The translations under genes were made by a program, and so were the position numbers. The notes beneath the pieces were generated by a model. That model was not told where the DNA came from. It saw nothing but the letters and a program-made list of their open reading frames with translations, and made no database searches. This document shows, piece after piece, positions 1-8,881 of a DNA stretch of 64,000 nucleotides. The stretch covers positions 3,136,001 to 3,200,000 of the forward strand of contig OZ245777.1 of the NCBI GenBank assembly GCA_965227775.1, read 5' to 3'. Positions within the stretch are counted from its first letter, which is position 1; the number at the start of each line of letters is the position of its first letter. The DNA comes from Phycisphaerales bacterium. GTDB lineage: Bacteria; Planctomycetota; Phycisphaerae; Phycisphaerales; UBA1924.

Positions 1-1
1 C

Positions 2-745
2 GAAGAGTTGAATCTGCCGACGAACCCCGTTGGGTGGTTCCTCTTACTCGGCGGCCGACGATTCCAGATTGTGGGCGTCGTGGAGACTCTCGACCTCTCG
101 GGCATGTTCGGCGGGGGCGACAGCCGGGCCGAGTTCTTCGTGCCGTTTTCGACGGCCGTCATCCTGAACCCAAACGGCTGGATTAACTACGCCACGGCAA
201 CCATGCAGAGTCCGGAGCTCGCTGAAGAGACGCGAGCCGAGATCGACTTCGTCTTGCGCACGATGCGCGAGCTCGAACCCGACGATGAGGCGACCTTCGA
301 CATCGAAATCGCCCAGGAGTACGTTGAGCAGTTCAAGTCGCTCTCGGCGGGCCTAGTCGCCGGTGCCACCGGCATCGTGGGCATCAGCCTGCTTGTCGGC
401 GGCATTGGCATCATGAATATCATGCTCGTATCGGTCTCGGAGCGCACGCGCGAGATCGGCCTACGCAAGGCCGTCGGCGCCCGACCGCTCGTCGTCCTCA
501 TCCAATTCTTGACCGAAGCCGTCGTGTTGTGCCTCATGGGTGGAGCGGTTGGCATCCTGATCGGCCAGGCCATCATCCTGCTCTTGAAACAGATTCCCGA
601 CGCGCCGCTCGAGCAAGCCAACATGCCGATGTGGGCGATTGCTCTCGCCGTGGGCTTCTGCGCTTTCACCGGCGTGGTGTTCGGCGTGTTTCCAGCCATT
701 AAGGCGGCCCGGCTCGACCCGATCGTCGCGCTGCGTCACGACTGA
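2..745 (+). CDS. ABC transporter permease (MacB/FtsX-like), 5'-truncated by window edge
   Basis: Contains GGIGIMNIMLVSVSERTREIGLRKAVGA and C-terminal PAIKAARLDPIVALR; the frame is open back to the window start. Confidence 0.93.
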   Translation, partial: EELNLPTNPVGWFLLLGGRRFQIVGVVETLDLSGMFGGGDSRAEFFVPFSTAVILNPNGWINYATATMQSPELAEETRAEIDFVLRTMRELEPDDEATFDIEIAQEYVEQFKSLSAGLVAGATGIVGISLLVGGIGIMNIMLVSVSERTREIGLRKAVGARPLVVLIQFLTEAVVLCLMGGAVGILIGQAIILLLKQIPDAPLEQANMPMWAIALAVGFCAFTGVVFGVFPAIKAARLDPIVALRHD

Positions 746-757
746 TTCGCTTTCCTC

Positions 758-2497
758 GTGGAGCCCAGCATGCCCCAGCTTTGTCGCGCCGCGTCTGCCT
801 CGGCCATCGGCTCGCCCCAACTGGCTTCGTCCATCGTGATCTCATCGCTCTTGCTCATCGCCGGGTGCGTGACACCATGGGATCGCGCCCCGCAAGACGA
901 CGCCCTGCTCGGGCCAGATGGCCGCCTGAAGCACATCAAGCCGCTCGACCTGAGCATCGTTGCCGTGCCGAGCGCGATGGAAGCCGATCGCGAACCCGCG
1001 CCCGAGCTTCCTCGGGCGGTTGTGGTCGACACAGGCGCTGGCGTCGTTCCGCTGACGATCGAGGCAGCTCGTGCCGCGGCAATCGAGAACAACCTCGACG
1101 TGCGCGTATCACTCATCTCTCCCGCGATCGCCGCCGAGCGCGTGTCGGAAGAGGAAGCAGCCTTCGAGGCCACCTTCCGCGTTACCGGCGTGGCTCAGCA
1201 GACCGACACACCCACCTTTAGCTCGCTTCAGGACGCCCAGCAGGAGTTCCAGTCGCTCAATCCGTCGCTCAGTATCCCGACGCGTCTGGGCGGTGACTTC
1301 ACGATCTCCGCGCCGTTCTCGCGCAACCAGACGAACAACCCCTTCGCCACCGTTGACCCCGCATTCACGCAAGACCTCGAATTCAGCATCAGCCAGCCGC
1401 TGCTCCGCGGCGCCGGGCGACGCGCGACGACGGCTGCGCTGCGCATCGCCGCGATCGATCGCGATCTCGCCGCAGCGCGCACGAAGTTGGAGGTCATCGC
1501 GCAGCTCGCCGCTGTCGATCGGGCCTACTGGCTGCTGTACTCAGCCCGGCAGGAGATCGAGGTCCGCGTCCAGCAGCGCGACCTTGCGATCGCCCAGCTC
1601 GAACGCGCCCAGCGGCAGCTCGAGGCCCAGCGCATCGCCGAGATCGAGGTGCTGCGAGCCCAGAGCGGCGTCGCCGACCGGGCCGAAGCGATCATCGTGG
1701 CCGAGAACCAGGCCGCCGCGCGGCAGCGCGAACTCAAGCGGCTGCTCAATCTGCCCGAGCTTCCCGTACAGAGCGAGACGGCCATCGACCTGGCCAGCGT
1801 GCCCGATCCTGCACTTTACGAAGCGAACACCTCAACGCTCATCGATAGCGCGCTGGCCTCGCGCATGGAGCTGCTCGAGGTGGAGCTCCAGCTCGCGCAG
1901 GACCTCGTGCGCATCGAGCTCGGCGAGAACCAGGCCCTGCCGCAGCTCGACCTGAACGCGCTGTACCGGATCAACGGCCTGGGCGGCAACCACGGCGGAG
2001 CCACCGAATTGCTCGTCGAGAACGAGTTCGAAGATTGGCGCATCGCGCTCACTGCCGCAATTCCCATCGGCAACGAGGCCGCACTCTCACGCCTGCGTGG
2101 TCTGGTGCTCAGCCGGCTGCAGCGGATCTCCACCCGTCAGTCGCGTGAGCAGACGATCCGCCAGGAAGTGCTCGACGCGCTCGATGACATGGCCACCAGC
2201 TGGCAGCGCGTCATCGCCGCCCGAGAGCGCGTGCGTCTCTCAACACGCACGCTCAGAGCAGAAGAACGGCAGTTCAATGTGGGGCGTTCCACCAGCACCG
2301 ACGTGCTCGATGCGAGCACGAACCTCGCTGACGCCCAGCTGAGCGAGCTGTCCGCAATCGTCGATTACCAGATCTCGCAGGTAAACCTCGCCGTCGCAAC
2401 GGGCACCCTGCTCGGGCAGGCGCGCGTCGACCTCGAATTCGCACCGCGGCCTGAGCTCGACGGCTTCCGATACGCTCCCCGGGCCGACCAGAACTAG
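758..2497 (+). CDS. TolC-family outer membrane efflux lipoprotein
   Basis: Lipobox-like LLLIAGC, two OEP-type helical repeats (AIENNLDV...SQPLLRG; ALASRMEL...LPQLDL); directly follows an ABC permease. Start could be ATG 770. Confidence 0.88.
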   Translation: MEPSMPQLCRAASASAIGSPQLASSIVISSLLLIAGCVTPWDRAPQDDALLGPDGRLKHIKPLDLSIVAVPSAMEADREPAPELPRAVVVDTGAGVVPLTIEAARAAAIENNLDVRVSLISPAIAAERVSEEEAAFEATFRVTGVAQQTDTPTFSSLQDAQQEFQSLNPSLSIPTRLGGDFTISAPFSRNQTNNPFATVDPAFTQDLEFSISQPLLRGAGRRATTAALRIAAIDRDLAAARTKLEVIAQLAAVDRAYWLLYSARQEIEVRVQQRDLAIAQLERAQRQLEAQRIAEIEVLRAQSGVADRAEAIIVAENQAAARQRELKRLLNLPELPVQSETAIDLASVPDPALYEANTSTLIDSALASRMELLEVELQLAQDLVRIELGENQALPQLDLNALYRINGLGGNHGGATELLVENEFEDWRIALTAAIPIGNEAALSRLRGLVLSRLQRISTRQSREQTIRQEVLDALDDMATSWQRVIAARERVRLSTRTLRAEERQFNVGRSTSTDVLDASTNLADAQLSELSAIVDYQISQVNLAVATGTLLGQARVDLEFAPRPELDGFRYAPRADQN

Positions 2498-2796
2498 CCC
2501 GAGAAGGCCCACCACCCCACGCCGCACGCGACGGCGCCGTGCAACGCCGCGATCAGCAGCGTGAGCGCCCGGAAGCCCGGCTTGCTGGTCTTGTGTCGCA
2601 ACAAGCGCTGCGCAATCGCCGCCCCGAACGCACCACCGATCAACTCGATCAGTCGCAGCTTGGCTTCCGGGAAACGCCGATGGCCGCGCTTGGCCGCACG
2701 CTTGTCAAGGGTGTACACGGCCATGGCGAACACACCAAGCACGACGTACCAGGCAAGCACCGCGGCGAGCACGATGAGCTTTGGGCCTTGCGGCAC
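2494..2796 (-). CDS. DUF1294 family membrane protein
   Basis: YTLDKRAAKRGHRRFPEAKL...GGAFGA...LRHKTSK matches the family signature. Confidence 0.85.
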   Translation of the reverse strand: MPQGPKLIVLAAVLAWYVVLGVFAMAVYTLDKRAAKRGHRRFPEAKLRLIELIGGAFGAAIAQRLLRHKTSKPGFRALTLLIAALHGAVACGVGWWAFSG

Positions 2797-4353
2797 TCAG
2801 AGCGGCTCGACGATCGTGAGCAACTGGTTCGCGTCTACGTCCTCGAGCACGACCTCGCGGTTGCTCGGGAAGAGCACCCGAACGCGATCGATGGTGGTCG
2901 TCTGGCCCAGCCCGAAGTGGGCCTCCAATGGCGGGGCGCTGTAGAAACTGCCCCCGACGAAGATGTCGCTCCGCCACGTCCGATCGCCGACGGTCACCCA
3001 GATCTTGGTGCCAACGCCGTTGCGGTTGCTGACGGTTCCGCGTGCCTTGACGCGCAGCCACGCGTTGCCATCACGCGGCGTCTCGTTTCGCAGGATGACC
3101 GCCTTGCCGTACACGTCGCTGAGCACGAAATCGACGTCGCCATCGTTCTCGAGGTCAATCGGCGCGAGGCCGCGTGTGTCGCCGCGGTGGTCGAGACCGC
3201 TGCCGAGGCCCGCGTCCTGGAACCGGCCGTCGCCCAAGCCGCGGAAGAAGACCGCCCGCGTGTGCCACTCGGGCTGCACCCACCCGTTGACGGCCATGAG
3301 ATCGAGATTGCCGTCGAGGTCGGCATCCCAGAGCCAGGTGCCCCAGGCGAAGAACGTGTTGTCGACGCCCATCTCGGTGGCAAGTTCTTGGAATCGGCCC
3401 GTTCCATCGTTCATATAGAGCGCGTTCGGGCCCGGCTCGTCGTTGGTGTTGAAGGGGCTGAACGACATGTTGGTCGTGTACATGTCCAGCCCGCCATTTC
3501 CGTCGACGTCGCCGACAGCCACGCCCATGTCGTTGGCGTGGTGGATCAGGTTCCACTCGTGGCTCACATCGGTGAACGTGCCGTCGCCGTTGTTGCGAAG
3601 GGCGTAGTCCTCATCGAAGTCGACGGCCGCGTACAAATCAAGCAACCCATCGTCGTTGAGATCGAGCATCACCGGCTGCCAATGGAACCGATCGTCGGCC
3701 GGGAAGCCGCCAACTGCATCCGTGATGTCGGTGAAGCGGAAACTGCCGTCGTTGCGCAGCAAGTAGGCAGTCTGCTCGAACCAGCCGCCGATGAAGATGT
3801 CTAGATCGCCGTCGTTGTCGATGTCGCCAGCGGTGGCGCCGCCGTGCGTGGCCTCGTAGTGGATCACTCCGCTCACGTCGGTCATGTCGGTGAAGGTGCC
3901 GTCGCCGTCGTTGCGATAGAAGCGGCTGGTCGGGAAGCTGTCATCGAACTCCGACGAATCGTTGAACACGACCAGGTCGTCAAAGCCGTCGTTGTTGAGG
4001 TCGAGCCAGAGCGCCTGCTTGCTGAACCCCGCGACGTGGTCGACGCCCGCGGCCGCTCCAACCTCGGTGAAGGTGCCGCCGCCGTCGTTGCGGTACAAGT
4101 GATTGGCAAAGCCAGCCGAGTTGGGGATGTAAACGTCCAGTAGCCCGTCGTTGTTGAAGTCGCCGATGGCCGCGCCAACGCCGAATCGTTCGTTCTGCCC
4201 GGGGAACAGCGGCGGCACGGGCCACACCGACTGCTGGTGCGTGAAGTCGATGCCGCTCGAGTCGGTCATGTCGGTGTAGTGCACGCCCTGACCGATCGCG
4301 CCGGCAACCGGCCCGAGCACCGCCAACCCCAACAGCATCCGCATCACATCCAT
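2797..4353 (-). CDS. Secreted CRTAC1 / FG-GAP (VCBS) repeat protein with C-terminal ASPIC/UnbV domain
   Basis: Signal peptide, repeated GDxxNDGxxD motifs, C-terminal NRNGVG...AHFGLG; start ATG 4353 follows an AGGAGG RBS. Confidence 0.9.
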   Translation of the reverse strand: MDVMRMLLGLAVLGPVAGAIGQGVHYTDMTDSSGIDFTHQQSVWPVPPLFPGQNERFGVGAAIGDFNNDGLLDVYIPNSAGFANHLYRNDGGGTFTEVGAAAGVDHVAGFSKQALWLDLNNDGFDDLVVFNDSSEFDDSFPTSRFYRNDGDGTFTDMTDVSGVIHYEATHGGATAGDIDNDGDLDIFIGGWFEQTAYLLRNDGSFRFTDITDAVGGFPADDRFHWQPVMLDLNDDGLLDLYAAVDFDEDYALRNNGDGTFTDVSHEWNLIHHANDMGVAVGDVDGNGGLDMYTTNMSFSPFNTNDEPGPNALYMNDGTGRFQELATEMGVDNTFFAWGTWLWDADLDGNLDLMAVNGWVQPEWHTRAVFFRGLGDGRFQDAGLGSGLDHRGDTRGLAPIDLENDGDVDFVLSDVYGKAVILRNETPRDGNAWLRVKARGTVSNRNGVGTKIWVTVGDRTWRSDIFVGGSFYSAPPLEAHFGLGQTTTIDRVRVLFPSNREVVLEDVDANQLLTIVEPL

Positions 4354-4423
4354 TGCCTCGTCCCTCCTGCTGCAGGCTATACGCCGACGGCCCCGCCGGC
4401 GTTTTGGGTTGGCCACGCAGGGG

Positions 4424-4451
4424 TTATCGGGATGACACGCACACGGCTTGA
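4424..4451 (-). promoter_or_regulatory. Possible sigma-28-like promoter of the ASPIC/UnbV gene
   Basis: Minus strand reads TCAAG-N15-CCCGATAA, resembling T(A/C)AAG...GCCGATAA; spacing is about 1 nt long. Confidence 0.25.
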
Positions 4452-4526
4452 GGCCCATGCCTCTCCGTCGGCGCGAGTTAGGATGGCCGCGGTCGCATCG
4501 CACCCACTACTCCGAGGAATATCTGC

Positions 4527-5483
4527 ATGGAACATGCGGCGGATCAGGAAGCACGCAAGGGGCCTCCAGGCCGGGTCGTCATCGCCGGCGGCACGGGCTT
4601 CCTTGGGTCTTCGCTCGCAGCATTCCTCGATCGCCAGGGCTACGAGGCCGTCATCCTCGGCAGGCGGCCCGATCGCTACCACGGCGCCGGGCGGGCCATG
4701 GGATGGGACGGGCGATCCCTTGGCGATTGGGCAAGCGAACTGGATGGCGCCGCTGCCGTGGTCAATCTCGCGGGCCGGTCGGTCGACTGCGTGAAGACGC
4801 CCGACCACTGCGACGAGATCCTCCGCTCCCGGGTGGAATCGACGCGCGTGATGGGAAGCGCCTTCGCCACGGCAAGAGTGCCCCCGCCCGTCTGGGTGCA
4901 GATGTCAACGGCGCACATCTATGGCGATCCGCCCGAGGCGATCTGCGACGAGCAATCGGCGTTTGGGTTCGGCCTTGCGCCGATCGTCGGCAAGGCATGG
5001 GAAGCCGCGTTCGACCAGGCATGCCCGAGTGGCGTTCGCCGGGTAGTTCTCAGGACCAGCTTCGTTGTCGGCAAGAACGGCGGCGCCATGGCGAGGCTCG
5101 GAGCACTCGCCCGCTTCGGGCTGGGTGGCCGCGTCGGATCCGGCAAGCAGGGCTTCAGCTGGATCCACGAGCTCGACATGAATCGCATCTTCCAGCGCGC
5201 TATCGAAGATGCCTCGATGTCGGGCGCGTACGTCGCGAGTGCGCCGAATCCTGTCAGCCAAGCCGATTTCATGCGATCGGTTCGCAGGGCCATCGGCATG
5301 CCCATTGGCTTGCCAGCGCCAGCCTTTGGCGTCCGGCTCGCGGCGCCGCTGATCCTTAGAACCGATCCCGAATTGGCGCTCTACGGCCGCTACGTCGTAC
5401 CCAAGCGACTCACCGATGAGGGCTTCAGCTTCGAACTTGAGTCCGTCGATGCGGCGATGCAAGACCTGTACGCTAAGACCTGA
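4527..5483 (+). CDS. TIGR01777 family NAD-dependent epimerase/oxidoreductase (YfcH-like)
   Basis: GGTGFLG Rossmann motif, [24 protein letters not shown]-terminal VVPKRL..GF.F. Confidence 0.9.
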   Translation: MEHAADQEARKGPPGRVVIAGGTGFLGSSLAAFLDRQGYEAVILGRRPDRYHGAGRAMGWDGRSLGDWASELDGAAAVVNLAGRSVDCVKTPDHCDEILRSRVESTRVMGSAFATARVPPPVWVQMSTAHIYGDPPEAICDEQSAFGFGLAPIVGKAWEAAFDQACPSGVRRVVLRTSFVVGKNGGAMARLGALARFGLGGRVGSGKQGFSWIHELDMNRIFQRAIEDASMSGAYVASAPNPVSQADFMRSVRRAIGMPIGLPAPAFGVRLAAPLILRTDPELALYGRYVVPKRLTDEGFSFELESVDAAMQDLYAKT

Positions 5484-5489
5484 CCGGGC

Positions 5490-6644
5490 TCAGGAGAGCA
5501 CGTCGAGCATTTCGGCGATGCCCTTGCCGTGGGTGGCAACCGTTTCGAGGATCGGCCGGCGGCCGGCGATGTCGCGCAGGTCGCGCACGAGCTCGTTCTC
5601 GCCCGGGTGGTCGGCCTTGTTGCACACAAACAGATCCGCGATCTCGAGGATGCCGGCCTTGTCCATCTGCACCGCATCACCCATGCCCGGCGTGAGCACG
5701 ACGATGGTTTTGTCCACGTGGTCGCGGATACGCGTCTCGTTCTGGCCCGCGCCCACCGTCTCAATGAACAGCGTGTCGTACGCGTCGGCACCCTCGCAGG
5801 CGCCTCCGATGAGATCGGTCACGTCCTCCAGGGCGTGGTAGTCCTCGCCACGGATCGCCAGCGACCGGTAGTACGCCGCCTCGCCCAGCCGGTTGAAGTC
5901 GACGCGCAGGCGATCGCCTAGCAGTGCGCCACCAGTGATCGGGCTCATTGGGTCGAATGCCACAACGGCGCAGCGGCCGAGGCTCGGATCCTCCTCCGCG
6001 CGCCGCGCATGCTCGGCGACGAGCTGCGCGACCAGCGTGCTCTTGCCCGCGCCGGGCGAACCGGTGATGCCGATCACCCGCTTGGGACGGCGACGCACCG
6101 CGTTCTCGCGCACGGGTTGCTCGAGGTGGGCCAGCGAGATGTCTCGCGCCAGCTGAGCCGTCGCATGGCCGCCGGGCACTTCCTGGGCGTAGGACCCCAC
6201 CGTCGAGGCGGCGGCTTGCACGATGTCCAGCAGCCCAACGCCTGTAGTGAAGCATCGAGCGATGCCGGCTTCCTTGAGTGCTGGCAGGTCTTCCTGGGGC
6301 AAGATGCCGCCCATGTGCACGGGTATGTCGCCGCGGCCGACGCCCTTGAGCGCCTTGAGCAGGTTGGGCCCAAGCGTCAGATGGCTGTTGCTCATCATGC
6401 TGGCGGCGATGACATCCACGTCTTCGTCTCGGGCGCTGATGGCCAGGCTCTTGGGCGTCTGCCAGAGACCGCTATAGATCACGTGCACGCCCGAATCGCG
6501 CATGGCCCGCGCGATGACCTTCACGCCGCGATCGTGGCCGTCGAGCCCCATCTTGCCGAGCAGCACGCGCGGACGGTGGTCGAGCTCGCCGCAGCGGTCG
6601 GCTTTCTCGAATTCGGTGGTGGCAGCGCCAAGGGGCTGGGCCAT
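5490..6644 (-). CDS. Fusion of cobalamin-binding domain and MeaB/ArgK-type GTPase
   Basis: N-terminal KMGLDGHDRG (DxHxxG); C-terminal GITGSPGAGKS, GGALLGDRLR, IETVGAGQ, NKAD; ATG 6644 follows AGGAG. Confidence 0.88.
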   Translation of the reverse strand: MAQPLGAATTEFEKADRCGELDHRPRVLLGKMGLDGHDRGVKVIARAMRDSGVHVIYSGLWQTPKSLAISARDEDVDVIAASMMSNSHLTLGPNLLKALKGVGRGDIPVHMGGILPQEDLPALKEAGIARCFTTGVGLLDIVQAAASTVGSYAQEVPGGHATAQLARDISLAHLEQPVRENAVRRRPKRVIGITGSPGAGKSTLVAQLVAEHARRAEEDPSLGRCAVVAFDPMSPITGGALLGDRLRVDFNRLGEAAYYRSLAIRGEDYHALEDVTDLIGGACEGADAYDTLFIETVGAGQNETRIRDHVDKTIVVLTPGMGDAVQMDKAGILEIADLFVCNKADHPGENELVRDLRDIAGRRPILETVATHGKGIAEMLDVLS

Positions 6645-6791
6645 GGAAGCTCCTGAAGCAGTCAATCTCGAAGGGGCCCGAGCGGGCAATCCAAACAACA
6701 ACCAATCGAACGCTGGCCGATCCGACCGGTCCAGAGGATATGCGCCCCGTTGCAGCCGTTCGCTCGCGGCGATCGTCGCGGCGAACGCACG

Positions 6792-6814
6792 AAAAACCCC
6801 GCCAGAAGCGGGGT
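6792..6814 (-). terminator. Rho-independent terminator after the PspA-like gene
   Basis: ACCCCGC/GCGGGGT stem followed by a T-run on the minus strand. Confidence 0.7.
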
Positions 6815-6842
6815 CGGAAGTCAGGCGATTGCCAGGGTCGGC

Positions 6843-7757
6843 CTAGTAGACGCGGCCGGCCTCGCTCTGGATCTCGGGCACCTCGATGATGGTCGGGGCG
6901 ACCTCGATCACGCGATCCTCGCGGCTGACGGCGTCCTGGCCGCCGATGCTCAGCTTGGCGCGGTCCTCGTAGCTCAGCTCCTTCTCGCCGGTCGCCAGGC
7001 TCTCGAGCTTGGCTTCCTGCTCGGCCCGGAGCTGCGCCAGGCGGTCCTTGACCTGATCGATGCTGTGGGCCTTGTACGGGCCGAGCTCGTCCAGGGTCTG
7101 CTGGCGGGCCTCCATCATGTCGATCATCCGCTCGTTGCGGGCGATCGCGTCGATCTGCTGGTTGAGCCTCCACAACTCGCTCTGGAACTGGGCCCGCTCG
7201 CTCTCGAGCTTGCCGAGCAGGTCATTCAGGCGCTCACGCTGCGTGCCGAGCAGATCGATGTCTCGCGAGATCGACTGGGCCTCGAGCTCGTAGGCGTCGC
7301 GGGTCTTGGCGATCTGCGCCGCCTTGGCCTGCGCCTCGCTCAGGTCCATCTTGTTACCGTTGAAGCTGACGCGGACGATGGCGCCGTGACCAGCCTGGGC
7401 CCGGGCGTGCTCGGCCCGATCGAACAGGCCGTGCATTGCTTCGAGATCGGCCTGTGCCAACTCGACGACGCGCTCGGCGACGGCGAGCTCACGCTCGTAC
7501 TCGGCGGTCTGCGTGTCGAGCGTTGCCAGGTCTTGGCGGACACGGGTGATGCGCTCGGGATACTGGCTCTCGAGCTTGCGGAGCTGGGCCCGCATCTTCA
7601 CCGGGTCATCGATGCTGCGATCGATCGTGTCGTTGACGGTGTCACGGGCCTGGGTCAGGGCAGCGCCAACACGCTCGGGGCCGGCAACGGCGATCAGCCC
7701 GCCGCCCACGAGGGTCCCGATGACGCCGACGCGAATGATGGTCTTGACGAGTGGCAT
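6843..7757 (-). CDS. PspA/IM30-like coiled-coil protein with N-terminal hydrophobic segment
   Basis: N-terminal hydrophobic helix, then DRSIDDPVKMRAQL (PspA-like xxEDP start) and a long coiled coil; GAGGAGG RBS. Confidence 0.6.
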   Translation of the reverse strand: MPLVKTIIRVGVIGTLVGGGLIAVAGPERVGAALTQARDTVNDTIDRSIDDPVKMRAQLRKLESQYPERITRVRQDLATLDTQTAEYERELAVAERVVELAQADLEAMHGLFDRAEHARAQAGHGAIVRVSFNGNKMDLSEAQAKAAQIAKTRDAYELEAQSISRDIDLLGTQRERLNDLLGKLESERAQFQSELWRLNQQIDAIARNERMIDMMEARQQTLDELGPYKAHSIDQVKDRLAQLRAEQEAKLESLATGEKELSYEDRAKLSIGGQDAVSREDRVIEVAPTIIEVPEIQSEAGRVY

Positions 7758-8089
7758 GAGCCGACCTCCTTAAGGCGTTCGTGTCTCCGGCTCGTCGCGG
7801 GGCGCTGGCCCCTGTCCGAGTTCGCCGGCGGGCGTCGGCTCCTCCCTTCCGGAGCCGCATGCCCTGTCACGGTGGTTGTTGGGATTGGGCGCCCGTGGAT
7901 TTCATGACTCGCCGCGAATCTCGCCAACGGGCCCCTATCGCGGGTAACCGGACTTTCCCGTTTCCGAAAGAAGCAATGCGGGCGGCTGCCGGGCCCAATT
8001 TTGGATCATCCGGCCCGTCGGCACGTCATAATGGAGGGGGCGAGCGTTCCACCGCACCCCAGCGAATCGAGGACTCAGGGGATCCGTGG

Positions 8090-8845
8090 ATGCTGCATTC
8101 TGTCACCACAAGCTTTATCGGGCGACTCAGGAGCAACGACGAGGCCGCCTGGTTCGAATTGTGGGAGACCTTCGGGCCGGTCGTGCGCACCCAGCTCACT
8201 CGCTGGGGCAAGGGCCGCATCGGTGTTGAGACCGTGCGTGACCTCTCCCAGGAAACGCTGGCGGCCCTCAGCGACTCGATCGATCGCTACGACCCCAGCC
8301 GAGGCGCCCGATTCAGCACCTGGCTGCTCGCGATCGCCAAGCACGTGCTGGGCGACGAGATCGATCGACGCATGGCCCAGAAGCGCGGTTCGGGCAAGAA
8401 GGCCGTCGCCCTCGACGAACGCTGGGCGACCGTGCCCACGAGCATCGGGGCCGATGCCGAGTACGAGGCGGCCGTTTTTCGGGCCAAGATCGAGGCCGCG
8501 CTCCGCGCTGTCGAGCACGAAGCCGAGTTCGTTGACTTCTCGATCTACCGGATGCGTGTCCTGGACGGCATGACCGGACGGGACGTGGCCGCCCAGATCG
8601 GCGTGAGCGAGCCCACGGTCAGCCGCCGGCTGGCCAAGATCCGCGACATGGTCCGGGAGCGCTCCCGGGTCATGGTCCAGCAATTCAGCTTTACCGAAGA
8701 CGAACTTAGCGAGGCGGCGCGAAACGGGCTCGACCTGAATCCAACAAAGGCAGACGACGACCTGTTCGACGAGGCCATTGCCGAGATCTATCACCGGCAA
8801 GCCGAACTCCGACGGAGGGACGAACAGGCCGCATTGGACGGCTGA
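8090..8845 (+). CDS. ECF-type RNA polymerase sigma factor with C-terminal extension
   Basis: Region 2 (DEAAWFEL...DLSQE...RFSTWLLAIAK) and region 4 HTH (GMTGRDVAAQIGVSEPTVSRRL). Confidence 0.9.
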   Translation: MLHSVTTSFIGRLRSNDEAAWFELWETFGPVVRTQLTRWGKGRIGVETVRDLSQETLAALSDSIDRYDPSRGARFSTWLLAIAKHVLGDEIDRRMAQKRGSGKKAVALDERWATVPTSIGADAEYEAAVFRAKIEAALRAVEHEAEFVDFSIYRMRVLDGMTGRDVAAQIGVSEPTVSRRLAKIRDMVRERSRVMVQQFSFTEDELSEAARNGLDLNPTKADDDLFDEAIAEIYHRQAELRRRDEQAALDG

Positions 8846-8881
8846 CCGGCCATCCTCCCCCCGGCCAGCCAGGAGGCTCCG

